A DNA stretch of 62,287 bases, taken from IMG/VR virus record IMGVR_UViG_3300011115_000373, positions 1 through 62,287 of that record; one strand, 5' to 3'. Below the pieces are notes generated by a model. That model was not told the DNA's origin. It ran no database searches and saw only the letters and a program-made list of their open reading frames with translations. The position numbers and the translations under genes were made by a program. The stretch's first letter is position 1. Each line of letters begins with the position of its first letter. Shown here in pieces: positions 44,780-54,941 of this stretch. This stretch comes from a virus (lineage: Duplodnaviria > Caudoviricetes).

Positions 44780-46475
44780 TTTGCTGGCAACTGGTGGTGT
44801 GATGCAAGAGGGTGGAACCAAAGATCCCGTCAGCGGTAATGATGTTCCTGCTGGCGCATTAAAAGAAGAAGTTAGAGATGATATTGATGCCAAGCTCAGC
44901 CCCGGAGAATTTGTCTTTCCCGCTGATGTAACTCGTTACATTGGTTTGGATAAGCTTATGCAGATTCGTGATGCAGCCAAAGAAGGCTTGCAGGAAATGG
45001 AGAGCAAAGGACAGATGGGCAATTCTGAAGAAGTTGCTAATGATAGTGTAGGTGAAGACAAGTTCTCGTCACACATTGATGAAATCATTGCTGGTCTTGA
45101 TGGAGGTGAGCCTAAGAAGTTTGCTGCTGGTGGTGCAGTGAATACTTCTGACTACAGTGCTGCTCCCCTCAAAGGGTTTAAGATGGTGCAGTATGAGGAT
45201 GTAGAAACAAAGGCAGTTAAGTATATTCCATTTGTAAATGGCAAACCTTTGCTGCCTATTCCCACCGGATACACAGAAAAGAAAGCAACCACCACAACCA
45301 CACCAACTACACCAACTACAGGAACTACTACAGGAGAAATTATTCCTGAACCAATTCGTGGCAACTCTGGTGGACAGTCAACAGAAAAACCAGAAACAGG
45401 AACTGCTGTTTCTCCAGAAAGAGATACTGGAGTAGAAGGCTTCGGTGATGTTGCAGGAGGAACAAACCCGATGATAGCTAGGGCAGCAGGTGTTGTTGCT
45501 GGATTTATCAATCCTGTTCTTGGTCTTGTTGTATCAGCAGCAGGAGCTTATGCTACAAAAGAGAATAATAAGAAAGTGGCGGCTGCTAATGTAAAAGCTA
45601 TGGATGCTTCTTCTTTAGCTTCTATGGGATTCTCTGCTACAGATATCAAGGCAGCACAAGACGCTGTGGCAACAGCTACATTAGAGGGTAAGTCTGCCAA
45701 GGATATTGCAGTGGCTGCTGCTAATGCAGTTGCTGCTAGTAATCCAAGCAAGACATCTCTTGATGGATTAATTGCTGTTACTAAGGGATGGAATACAGCC
45801 ACTCCTGAGCAGATGAAGGCAGACGCTATGCCTGATTCGTTGAAAAATCAAATTCCAAATGGGACATGGGACTCTGTTGTTAAATCAATTAAAGAGGGAT
45901 TATCCCCTGAACAAGCAGTTGAAAAAGCAGTTAGCATTATGGATACCGCTGTCGGTTCATATTTTACTGGCACTATAAATGATAGGGAAGTTACTGCTAG
46001 ACTTGCTGCTGATGGACTTGAAGGAAGAGTTCCTGCTGGTGAATTTAATAATGTTGTCAAAGATATGCAAGATGGATATACCACACAACAAGCTATAGCT
46101 AGAGCAGAAGAAAGAGCAGTTGGCCCAACTGATTCTCAACTAGCAGAGAAGGACGCTGCTATAAGACAAGAGGCAGCAGATAAAGCAGAGAAAGCACAGC
46201 AAGAAAGAAATGCAGAAGTAGCTAAACAAGAAGCTGATAGAGCAGCCCAGCAGTCAGCAACAGAAAGAGCAGCTAAAGAAGCAGCAGATAGAGCATCACA
46301 ACAAGCTGCTCAAGACGCAGCAAATAGAGCAGAGCAACAGCGTCAAGCGGATAGTGAAGCAAAATCTGAAAGAGCTAGCCAGTTTGGTGGGCAACAAAGC
46401 GCTGGAGAAGGTGGAAGCTATAGTAATAGTTTGACTAGAGCCGGTGTTGATACCACTGGTGGTGATGCTCCATAA
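44766..46475 (+). CDS. Virion-associated protein with DDI.A.LS.GEFV.PAD domain
   Basis: N-terminal DPVSGN.VP.G...DDIDAKLSPGEFVFPAD; FAAGG motif; coiled-coil C-terminus. Confidence 0.7.
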   Translation: MQTNNLLATGGVMQEGGTKDPVSGNDVPAGALKEEVRDDIDAKLSPGEFVFPADVTRYIGLDKLMQIRDAAKEGLQEMESKGQMGNSEEVANDSVGEDKFSSHIDEIIAGLDGGEPKKFAAGGAVNTSDYSAAPLKGFKMVQYEDVETKAVKYIPFVNGKPLLPIPTGYTEKKATTTTTPTTPTTGTTTGEIIPEPIRGNSGGQSTEKPETGTAVSPERDTGVEGFGDVAGGTNPMIARAAGVVAGFINPVLGLVVSAAGAYATKENNKKVAAANVKAMDASSLASMGFSATDIKAAQDAVATATLEGKSAKDIAVAAANAVAASNPSKTSLDGLIAVTKGWNTATPEQMKADAMPDSLKNQIPNGTWDSVVKSIKEGLSPEQAVEKAVSIMDTAVGSYFTGTINDREVTARLAADGLEGRVPAGEFNNVVKDMQDGYTTQQAIARAEERAVGPTDSQLAEKDAAIRQEAADKAEKAQQERNAEVAKQEADRAAQQSATERAAKEAADRASQQAAQDAANRAEQQRQADSEAKSERASQFGGQQSAGEGGSYSNSLTRAGVDTTGGDAP

Positions 46476-46609
46476 CTAATTTAGTTATATAATATCCATA
46501 TCTAAACCAGTGGTGGGCTGGCAGATATTCAATAATAACCCACCATCATTGGCTAACCTGACTCCCCGATTTATTCGGCTACAGACCAGCCCCAACTTAA
46601 AGGTAGTTT

Positions 46610-47467
46610 ATGACAGAAGCAGTATTGGAAAAAGTAGAACAGAAAACAGCGTTTGCTAGTCGCAATGCTAATGATGAGAGAATTAAGCAAGAGGAAGAAG
46701 AGCTTAAGAATTTGATTGACCTGAACAAAGAAGGAAAACCTGCTTCCACTAGTTCAGAAGATGACAGCAATCTCAGCGCAGAAGAGAAGACATTCAAGAA
46801 GCGCTACGGTGATCTGAGAAGCCATTCTCAAAAGCAGCAGGTTCAACTTCAGAAAGAGATTGATGAACTTCGCTCACAGCTTCAAAAGAGTACCAGCAGC
46901 CAGATTAAACTCCCCACCAGTGAGGAAGACTTGGCTGCTTGGGCAAACGAATATCCCGATGTTGCTCGTATTGTGGAGACAATCGCTATCAAGAAAGCTA
47001 AGGAGCAAGCAGCGGAATTGGCTGATCGCTTCAAAGCTTTGGATGAAAGAGAGCAGCAAACTGCTAGAGACAAAGCTGAGGCTGAGCTTCTCCGTATCCA
47101 CCCCGACTTTGAATCCATTAAGGAAAGTGATGAATTCCATAATTGGGTAGAGGAGCAGCCTACTTGGGTGCAGAATGCTTTGTATGAGAATGACTCGGAC
47201 GCTAAGTCAGCAGCCCGCGCCATTGATTTGTACAAGGCAGATAAGGGAATTGGTAAGGCTAAGAAGTCTGATAGCAGAAGTGCAGCCGAAAGTGTATCCA
47301 CCCGAAGTAGCAGATCTGCTCCGTCTAATGCAGATACTGACGGTGTAATCTATGAGTCACAAGTTAATTCTATGACTTCCCAGCAGTATGAGGCCAACCA
47401 AGAAGCCATCTCCAAAGCTATCAAGTCCGGCAAATTTGTCTATGATTTGAGTGGCAATGCACGATGA
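46610..47467 (+). CDS. Capsid scaffolding protein
   Basis: FKKRYGDLR, coiled coil, HPDF; directly upstream of capsid. Confidence 0.8.
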   Translation: MTEAVLEKVEQKTAFASRNANDERIKQEEEELKNLIDLNKEGKPASTSSEDDSNLSAEEKTFKKRYGDLRSHSQKQQVQLQKEIDELRSQLQKSTSSQIKLPTSEEDLAAWANEYPDVARIVETIAIKKAKEQAAELADRFKALDEREQQTARDKAEAELLRIHPDFESIKESDEFHNWVEEQPTWVQNALYENDSDAKSAARAIDLYKADKGIGKAKKSDSRSAAESVSTRSSRSAPSNADTDGVIYESQVNSMTSQQYEANQEAISKAIKSGKFVYDLSGNAR

Positions 47468-47470
47468 GTG

Positions 47471-47499
47471 TTGACACATACTAAAAGTGTGATATAACT
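47471..47499 (+). promoter_or_regulatory. Sigma70-like promoter for capsid operon
   Basis: TTGACA-16-TATAAC with TG extension. Confidence 0.65.
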
Positions 47500-47729
47500 T
47501 TGAGCAAGGTTGTTAACTCAGCCTTGCTCTTAGTGTTTCTGCCGTTGCAAAACCACCACCAACACTAAGAAATGTAACGCAAACTGTCAGTGAGCAGATT
47601 ACCCAAATAATCTAGCCAATAAACATAAGCCCCCTAGAAGGTTTCTGTTTATTCACCTAGCATGATTGGCCCTGTGGAACTAGGTCAGCGTATTTAAATA
47701 TATGCCCATCTATCTATAGGAGAAATATC

Positions 47730-48800
47730 ATGGCATTTCCCAAGGCAACGGGTTACGGCAATTTGCCCAATGGCAATTTTAGCCCTGTAATCTATTCCAA
47801 GCAAGTACAACTTGCATTCCGTAAGGCTTCTACTATTGAAGCAGTGACCAATAACGACTATTTTGGCGAGATTGCCAATATGGGCGATTCGGTTAAAATC
47901 ATCAAAGAACCTGAAGTTAGCGTTCAGTCGTATGCTCGTGGCACACAGATCACGGCACAAGACCTGAATGATGAGGACTTCACACTGGTTGTCGATCAGG
48001 CTAACTACTACGCCTTCAAGATTGATGACATCGAAGCTGCTCACTCGCATGTCAACTTCATGCAGATGGCTTCTGATCGCGCTGCCTACCGCATCCGTGA
48101 CCAGTATGACCAAGACGTTCTGGGTTACCTGTCGGGCTATCAGCAATCGGCTAAGCACACCCAAGCTGGCACTGCTCGTACCACCTTCCCCGGTACTAAG
48201 GCACTGACTGAGGCTGGCTCTAACGAACTGTTGGCTAGCATGCAACTGAAGAAGGGCGACTTCGGCAACATTACCACTGGTAGTGCTGGCGATCACTCCA
48301 TTCCTTTGGCTGCTCGTCTGCCCGGCGCTACTGCACTGCCTACGGCTACGGCTTCGCCTCTGATGGTGATCTCCCGTATGAGCCGCCTGTTGGATCAACA
48401 GTTTGTTGACACCAGCGGTCGTTGGTTGGTGATTGATCCCATCTTCATGGAACTGTTGAAAGACGAAGATAGCCGCTTGCTGAATAGCTTGTTTGGTGGT
48501 TCTGGTCTGCAAAACGGTTTGGTGGTGGACAATCTGCACGGCTTCAAAGTGTATGTGTCTAACAACCTGCCGAAAGTAGGAACTGGCGCTGGTACTACCG
48601 GTACTGCTAACCAGAACACCAACTTCGGTGTGATCGTTGCTGGTCATCAGTCTGCCGTTGCTACCGCTCAGCAGATCACCAAGACAGAAACCTATCGTGA
48701 CCCCGATAGCTTTGCTGACATCGTGCGTGGTATGCATCTCTATGGTCGCAAAATCTTGCGTCCTGAGGCGCTTGTCACTGCTAAGTATAACGCTGCTTAA
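47730..48800 (+). CDS. Major capsid protein
   Basis: GNLPNGNFSPVIYSK, FKIDDIE, RDPDSFADIVRG.HLYG.KILRPE; strong codon bias; AGGAG SD. Confidence 0.9.
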   Translation: MAFPKATGYGNLPNGNFSPVIYSKQVQLAFRKASTIEAVTNNDYFGEIANMGDSVKIIKEPEVSVQSYARGTQITAQDLNDEDFTLVVDQANYYAFKIDDIEAAHSHVNFMQMASDRAAYRIRDQYDQDVLGYLSGYQQSAKHTQAGTARTTFPGTKALTEAGSNELLASMQLKKGDFGNITTGSAGDHSIPLAARLPGATALPTATASPLMVISRMSRLLDQQFVDTSGRWLVIDPIFMELLKDEDSRLLNSLFGGSGLQNGLVVDNLHGFKVYVSNNLPKVGTGAGTTGTANQNTNFGVIVAGHQSAVATAQQITKTETYRDPDSFADIVRGMHLYGRKILRPEALVTAKYNAA

Positions 48801-48811
48801 GGAGAACATTA

Positions 48812-49306
48812 ATGGCAACTATTACCACTCTCTCTAATGCTGTTGGTTCGGGGCTGCAACCTGCTCGTTCCGTTCGCAACATGCCTTACATGGTTGAGAA
48901 CACCATCAACTTCGCTACAGCCACCACAGCTAAAGGCTCTGCCCTAGCTGCTGCGGATGTTATCGAAGCTGTCCAGATTCCTGCACAATCAGTTGTGCTG
49001 GCTGCTGGCTATGAAGTGATCTCTGCCATCACAGGTGATGTGACGATGAGCGTTGGTGTTACCGGCGTTCTGGCTACGGCATATGTAAACGCAGCTACCC
49101 TTGCTGCTGCTACATCTGTCGGCACTTACGGCACTTCGTCTACTACGGCTTATCCTATTGCCACTGCTACTGCGGATACGGTTGATCTCTTGATCTCCGC
49201 TTCCACCACTGCACTGTCGGCAGGTTCGGTTCGTGTGTGGGCTTTGCTCGTAGACGCACAAGATCGCGTTGGCCCTGCCTCGGTAGATCGTGAACAGTTG
49301 GCTTAA
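48812..49306 (+). CDS. Putative capsid decoration / minor capsid protein
   Basis: Follows MCP before terminator; Ala/Thr-rich. Confidence 0.65.
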   Translation: MATITTLSNAVGSGLQPARSVRNMPYMVENTINFATATTAKGSALAAADVIEAVQIPAQSVVLAAGYEVISAITGDVTMSVGVTGVLATAYVNAATLAAATSVGTYGTSSTTAYPIATATADTVDLLISASTTALSAGSVRVWALLVDAQDRVGPASVDREQLA

Positions 49307-49324
49307 GCGCTAACTACCTGAATA

Positions 49325-49360
49325 GGGGCAGCTTCCACAAGAGGTTGCCCCTTTCTTTTT
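49325..49360 (+). terminator. Intrinsic terminator after capsid genes
   Basis: GGGGCAGCTTC-CACAA-GAGGTTGCCCC then T-rich tract. Confidence 0.85.
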
Positions 49361-49374
49361 GTTAAGGAACCAGC

Positions 49375-50103
49375 GTGGCCTACAATTATTTAGACTTAGT
49401 AAATGAAGTATTAAGAGGTTTTAATGAGGTAGAACTTACTTCGTCAAACTTCGCCACTGCTACTGGCTTCTATGCAAAGGTCAAGGACGCAGTGAATACT
49501 GCTATCCGCGACATCAATCACACTCACTATGAGTGGCCTTTCAACCATGTCACACAAGAGTTAACACTGACAGCAGGAACAATCAGATATGCTTTTCCGA
49601 GCAATGTTAATACAATAGACTTTGACACATTCAGAATTAAAGAGAACTCCACCTTTAATAATAGAACAATAAAATTAGCTCCTATTTCTTACGAAGATTA
49701 TCTAGATAGATATATCGATCACGAATATACAACGGAAACAAATAAAAGAACAACTCCGACATTCGTGTTCCAGACAACAGACCTGCAATTTGGTGTGATT
49801 CCTGCGCCTGATCAAGCATATGTATTAGTTTACGAATACTATAGCGTACCTACTAGTTTAGATGCGTATAGTGATGTACCTGTAATTCCTGAAAGATTTA
49901 GACATGTCATTGTAGAAGGAGCTATGTTCTACTGCTACATGTTCAGAGGTAATGAACAGTCTGCTGGTATCTCTAAACAGAGATATGAAGAAGGCATTAA
50001 ACGCATGCGTAGTATGCTTGTCAATAGATATGGATACGTTAGATCTGGTATGATTACACCGGCTAGTGGATCCGTCCGCTCCTTTGGAGACAGGGTAAAG
50101 TAA
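49375..50103 (+). CDS. Head-tail adaptor (tail tubular protein A-like)
   Basis: YL.LVN.VL...NEV, EWPF, P.PD..Y...YEYY, IPERF. Confidence 0.75.
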   Translation: MAYNYLDLVNEVLRGFNEVELTSSNFATATGFYAKVKDAVNTAIRDINHTHYEWPFNHVTQELTLTAGTIRYAFPSNVNTIDFDTFRIKENSTFNNRTIKLAPISYEDYLDRYIDHEYTTETNKRTTPTFVFQTTDLQFGVIPAPDQAYVLVYEYYSVPTSLDAYSDVPVIPERFRHVIVEGAMFYCYMFRGNEQSAGISKQRYEEGIKRMRSMLVNRYGYVRSGMITPASGSVRSFGDRVK

Positions 50104-50104
50104 T

Positions 50105-52084
50105 ATGGCAGACGCATGGAAGACTTATTCTTTTGAGTTCAAGGGTGGACTTGTAACGAATTTATCTCCACTTCAGCAGGGCGTTAATTTACCCGGCAGC
50201 GCTCGCATTCTTAAAAACTTTGAACCTTCTATTTCTGGTGGATATAAAAGAATCGAAGGATTTAGTAAATATTCAACTAGCTTTGTACCCTCTCATGGAG
50301 AACCAAAGGTACACGGCTCAGGTCAAACAGGTACTATCTTAATAGTAGGTAATATTTTTTCTGCTCCCATACAAGGAGAGCAATTTACTATTTCCGGTGT
50401 TACAGGAACATACACAATTGCAAGTGGTGGTGTAGCTTATGACAACACAAGTAAAAGAGCAACACTTACATTAACAACTTCTTTGGCAAGTAGTCCCGCC
50501 GATAAAGCTAGTCTTACTTTTGTTTCTCACAGCGGAAAAATTTTAGGGCTTTCTTCATGGCAGGGAACAACTTTGGCAGCAAGAGGTGGGGATATCTATT
50601 CCTCCACCGGGTCTACTTGGACTAAGATAAACAAGCCCTCCTATGGAACAGTGCTAGTTAATGGGGCAGGACAGACAGGCTCATCTTTAGCAATTGATGG
50701 TATCTCTAATGGTGGCCCTAGACAGGGAGACACTTTCACTATTGCTGGTGTCAATAAAATCTACACAGTGCTAGCTAACCCCACTGTAACCAGCGGAGGA
50801 ACAACACTGTCTATTGATCCTGCGTTAGCTTCTAGTCCAGCAGATAACGCTGCTGTGACTTGGTTATCTGTTGATAGAAGCAGTCAAGTAAAGCTTCGAT
50901 TTACAAAATATAGAATTGGTGGTGTTGAAAAGATAGCTGGAGTTGATAGCTATAATTATCCATTTATATATAATGGAACTACTTTTTCTGAAATCACAGG
51001 ATCTACAGATTTAGAAGGAGCAGAATTTATTTGCTTCCATAAAAATCAATTGTTCATAGCTAAAGGAAACACTCTCAATTTTACAGCTCCGTATACGGAC
51101 TCCGATCTTACGGCTGTTAATGGTGGAGGTGTTATTTCTGTTGGCGCAAAAATAACAGGACTCATTGTCTTCAGAGACGCTCTCATAATCTTTACAGAAA
51201 GAACAATTAATCAATTGGTTGGGAATACCATAGCTGATTTTGTTCTACAGCCAATTACAAGAAATGTAGGTTGCGTAGCTCCCGATACAATCCAAGAGAT
51301 GGGTGGGGATATTATTTTCTTAGGCCCAGACGGTTTACGTTTGTTTGGGCTAACAGACAGGGTTGGTGACTTTAGTTTAGGCTTAGTTTCTAAACCTATT
51401 CAGACCCAACTAACAGATCTGATTGCTACCTGCTCTAGTTTTTCTAGTGTAGTGATTAAGCAAAAGTCTCAGTATAGATTGCTGGGATTTTCTGATACTG
51501 TTACAGCATCTAGTTCTAAAGGAATTTTAGGTACACAAACAGCAAGCAACGATACAAGCAGTATTTCTTGGGCAGAGTTGTCTGGGATTAGAGCTTATGT
51601 AGCTGATTCAAATTATGTAGACGCTGAAGAAACAGTTGTATTTTCTAATGTTGATGGCTATGTATATCAAATGGAAAACGGTAGTAGCTTTGACGGGGAG
51701 AACATCACAGCTTATTTTTCCACACCGTTTGTATTCATGGACGATGCCAGACTTAGAAAGACAATGTATAAGTTGTTTCTCTACACTGATCCTAGAGGAA
51801 GTGTAAATGTAAATGTGAGTATGAAGTTTGATTTTGACACATTAGGGAGTATTCAACCTAATGCTATATCTCTAACAAATACAACAACTGCTGTGGGTTT
51901 TTATGGGTCTGCCACGGCAAAATATGGTACAACTACATACGGTACTAAATTGAAGAAACTTTTTGAGACTCAACTAATTGGATCTGGTTTTGCTGTATCA
52001 TTGCAGTTTGTGTCGGAAGGAACAGATCCTCCTTTTTCGCTGGACGCAGCTACGTTAGAATACTCATTACACGATAGACGCTAA
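50105..52084 (+). CDS. Tail nozzle / stabilisation protein (tubular B-like)
   Basis: GGL.TN, NFEP...GGY.RI.G, IIFLGPDGLR; 659 aa. Confidence 0.75.
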   Translation: MADAWKTYSFEFKGGLVTNLSPLQQGVNLPGSARILKNFEPSISGGYKRIEGFSKYSTSFVPSHGEPKVHGSGQTGTILIVGNIFSAPIQGEQFTISGVTGTYTIASGGVAYDNTSKRATLTLTTSLASSPADKASLTFVSHSGKILGLSSWQGTTLAARGGDIYSSTGSTWTKINKPSYGTVLVNGAGQTGSSLAIDGISNGGPRQGDTFTIAGVNKIYTVLANPTVTSGGTTLSIDPALASSPADNAAVTWLSVDRSSQVKLRFTKYRIGGVEKIAGVDSYNYPFIYNGTTFSEITGSTDLEGAEFICFHKNQLFIAKGNTLNFTAPYTDSDLTAVNGGGVISVGAKITGLIVFRDALIIFTERTINQLVGNTIADFVLQPITRNVGCVAPDTIQEMGGDIIFLGPDGLRLFGLTDRVGDFSLGLVSKPIQTQLTDLIATCSSFSSVVIKQKSQYRLLGFSDTVTASSSKGILGTQTASNDTSSISWAELSGIRAYVADSNYVDAEETVVFSNVDGYVYQMENGSSFDGENITAYFSTPFVFMDDARLRKTMYKLFLYTDPRGSVNVNVSMKFDFDTLGSIQPNAISLTNTTTAVGFYGSATAKYGTTTYGTKLKKLFETQLIGSGFAVSLQFVSEGTDPPFSLDAATLEYSLHDRR

Positions 52085-52092
52085 GGAAAAGT

Positions 52093-54255
52093 ATGACAGG
52101 ATACACTCGCGCAGACACGCCCAACAATATTGCAGATGGTAATATTATCAACGCCGCTGACTTGGATGGCGAGTATGATGCTATTGCCTTAGCATTCAGT
52201 AATACACTGGGCCATACACATGATGGTAGTACGGCTGAGGGACAACCAATTACAAAGGTTGGCCCTACTCAGGAAGTTGTGGTTAGTACAACTACACTGG
52301 CTCCAAAGACAACAGCAACTATTGATATTGGTAGCAATTCTTTAAAGTTCAAAGATTTTTATTTTAGTGGCACTGGCAATGTCACTGGAACCATCACTGC
52401 CGGTGGATTCTCTGGCCCTATCAATGGCACTATCGGAGCAACCACAGCAAGCACTGGCGCATTCACAACTCTGAGTGCTAGTAGCACTGTTAGCGGTACG
52501 GGCTTCAGCACCTACTTGGCTTCCCCTCCTGCTATTGGTGGAACTGCTGCTGCTGCTGGCGCATTCACTACACTAAGCGCCAGCTCGACTGTTAGCGGCA
52601 CAGGCTTTAGCACTTATCTAGCTTCTCCTCCTGCCATTGGTGGCACAGCACCTGCTGCCATAACTGGTACAACTATAAATGGTACAACCATTACAGCCAG
52701 CATTGCTTTTGCTGGCCCTATCAACGGCACTGTAGGAGCAACAACACCTAGCACTGGCGCGTTTACCACATTGAGCGCATCTAGTACGGTGAGTGGTGTT
52801 GGCTTCAGCACCTACTTAGCTTCTCCTCCTGCTATTGGTGGCACTGCTGCCGCTGCTGGTGCATTCACTACACTAAGCGCTAGCTCGACTGTTAGCGGAA
52901 CAGGCTTTTCTACTTACCTAGCAAGTCCTCCAGCCATTGGTGGTACAACAGCAGCCGCTATAACCGGCACAACCATTACAGCTAATACTGCATTTGCTGG
53001 CCCACATAATGGTACTGTAGGAGCAACAACACCCAGCACTGGTGCATTCACTACATTAAGCGCTAGCAGCACTGTTAGCGGAACAGGCTTTTCTACTTAC
53101 TTAGCTAGTCCTCCAGCTATCGGTGGTACAGCCGCTGCTGCCATCACCGGAACAACTATCACAGCTAATACTGCATTTGCAGGGCCGCATAATGGCACTG
53201 TCGGAGCAACAACACCCAGCACTGGCGCATTCACTACACTAAGCGCTAGCAGCACTGTGAGTGGTACTGGCTTCAGTACCTACTTGGCTTCCCCTCCTGC
53301 TATTGGTGGAACTGCTGCTGCCGCTGGTGCTTTTACTACTCTAAGTGCTTCTAGTACAGTGAGTGGTACAGGTTTTAGTACTTATCTAGCTTCACCCCCT
53401 GCAATTGGTGGAACTGCTGCTGCCGCTGGTTCGTTTACAGCGTTATCCTACAGCACTACTCTAACAGGTGGTACTGGTATTGTCAATCTTGGCAGCGGTC
53501 AATTCTATAAAGATGCAAGTGGTCTTATTGGAATTGGTGTCACACCTGTTGCCTCTAAAGGAACATTGCAAGTAGGTACTATCGGCTACACCGATACTGG
53601 CGTTGTAGCGGGGTTTGCTTCAAGTGTTGCTGGATACAATCAGTTGGTATTGCAGAACACCAGCAATAATGCTGCTGCTTCCACTAACCTCAACATCTCC
53701 AACGATGCCGGTACTACCACCACCAACTATGGTGAACTCGGTATCAACTCATCCACCTTTACTGGTACAGGCTCATTCAGCCAAGCTGGTAATGTGTACT
53801 TGGCTGCTGCTTCCACAGACTTAGTTATTGGCACATACGCCGCTAAGCCAATTCGTTTTGTAGTTAACAGCGGAACAACTGATGCAGCAGTTATTGACTC
53901 TTCAGGTAAATTTGGTATTGGAACTTCCTCTCCTGCCGTGGCATTTGCAGTTAACGCCACAGATGCCATCTTAGTTCCTAATGGAACTACAGCACAGCGT
54001 CCCACAGGAGCAGCAGGTTATATCCGTTATAATACCACCACAGGTACATTCGAAGGATATACTACAGCGTGGGGTTCTATTGGTGGTGGAGCTACTGGCG
54101 CAGGTGGTGATCAAGTTTTTTACCAAAACGGACAGACTGTGAATACCAGCTACAGCATTACTGCTGGTACAAACGCAGGTTCATTTGGCCCTATCTCTGT
54201 AGCCTCTGGCGCTACAGTTACTGTGCCATCTGGCTCTGTCTGGTCTATTGTTTAA
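52093..54255 (+). CDS. Tail fibre protein with tandem 34-aa repeats
   Basis: GHTHDG anchor; 7x GAFTTLSASSTVSGTGFSTYLASPPAIGG; GTTAQRP..IRYN; TVPSGSVWSIV end. Confidence 0.85.
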   Translation: MTGYTRADTPNNIADGNIINAADLDGEYDAIALAFSNTLGHTHDGSTAEGQPITKVGPTQEVVVSTTTLAPKTTATIDIGSNSLKFKDFYFSGTGNVTGTITAGGFSGPINGTIGATTASTGAFTTLSASSTVSGTGFSTYLASPPAIGGTAAAAGAFTTLSASSTVSGTGFSTYLASPPAIGGTAPAAITGTTINGTTITASIAFAGPINGTVGATTPSTGAFTTLSASSTVSGVGFSTYLASPPAIGGTAAAAGAFTTLSASSTVSGTGFSTYLASPPAIGGTTAAAITGTTITANTAFAGPHNGTVGATTPSTGAFTTLSASSTVSGTGFSTYLASPPAIGGTAAAAITGTTITANTAFAGPHNGTVGATTPSTGAFTTLSASSTVSGTGFSTYLASPPAIGGTAAAAGAFTTLSASSTVSGTGFSTYLASPPAIGGTAAAAGSFTALSYSTTLTGGTGIVNLGSGQFYKDASGLIGIGVTPVASKGTLQVGTIGYTDTGVVAGFASSVAGYNQLVLQNTSNNAAASTNLNISNDAGTTTTNYGELGINSSTFTGTGSFSQAGNVYLAAASTDLVIGTYAAKPIRFVVNSGTTDAAVIDSSGKFGIGTSSPAVAFAVNATDAILVPNGTTAQRPTGAAGYIRYNTTTGTFEGYTTAWGSIGGGATGAGGDQVFYQNGQTVNTSYSITAGTNAGSFGPISVASGATVTVPSGSVWSIV

Positions 54256-54264
54256 GGAGAACCC

Positions 54265-54936
54265 ATGAGTTCAGTCGCAATCCAAGGCAACGCAGCGGGC
54301 GCTGGTGTATTCACCATCGCCGCGCCCAACAGTGCCAGCAGCTACACCGCTACGTTGCCCGCAGCCACCACCACGCTGGTGGGTACGGACGCTACGCAGA
54401 CGTTGACAAACAAAACGCTGACCAGCCCGGCTATTGGCGGCACTCCAGTAATGAGCGCAAGCATTATCACTTCTGGCACTGCTGTTGCGTCCACCAGCGG
54501 AACTAGCATTGACTTCACTGGCATTCCGTCTTGGGTCAAGCGCATTACTGTGATGTTCAATGGTGTTGGTCTTAGCGGTACGTCAATCCCCATTGTGCAA
54601 CTTGGGACAAGCGGCGGCCTTGTAACAACTGGATACACCGGAGCAGCGGGCGGTTCTGATACAACAAGTGGAAACAGCGTAAGAGCCAACACAAATGGAT
54701 TGCTTCTTATGGATAACGGCAATGCAAGCGTTGCGCATCGTGGGGCGATGACAATCCGAGCGTTTGGTAGCAACAATTGGGTTTCTACTCACGCAACTGG
54801 AGATTCAGCAGTCCCCCGCGCATATTGGGGTGGGGGAGCGATTGTTTTGTCGGGTACGCTTGACCGAATTCGTATTACCACATTGAATGGCACAGACACC
54901 TTTAATGCTGGCTCCGTCAACATCCTCTACGAGTAA
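54265..54936 (+). CDS. Tail fibre-associated protein
   Basis: TDATQTLTNKTL, STSGTSIDFTGIPSWVKRIT, LDRIRITT.NGTDTF. Confidence 0.75.
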   Translation: MSSVAIQGNAAGAGVFTIAAPNSASSYTATLPAATTTLVGTDATQTLTNKTLTSPAIGGTPVMSASIITSGTAVASTSGTSIDFTGIPSWVKRITVMFNGVGLSGTSIPIVQLGTSGGLVTTGYTGAAGGSDTTSGNSVRANTNGLLLMDNGNASVAHRGAMTIRAFGSNNWVSTHATGDSAVPRAYWGGGAIVLSGTLDRIRITTLNGTDTFNAGSVNILYE

Positions 54937-54941
54937 AAACC

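Noticed and set aside
47694-48818. 374-aa antisense ORF opposite the major capsid gene
   Set aside because: Mirror of a strongly codon-biased gene; no motifs
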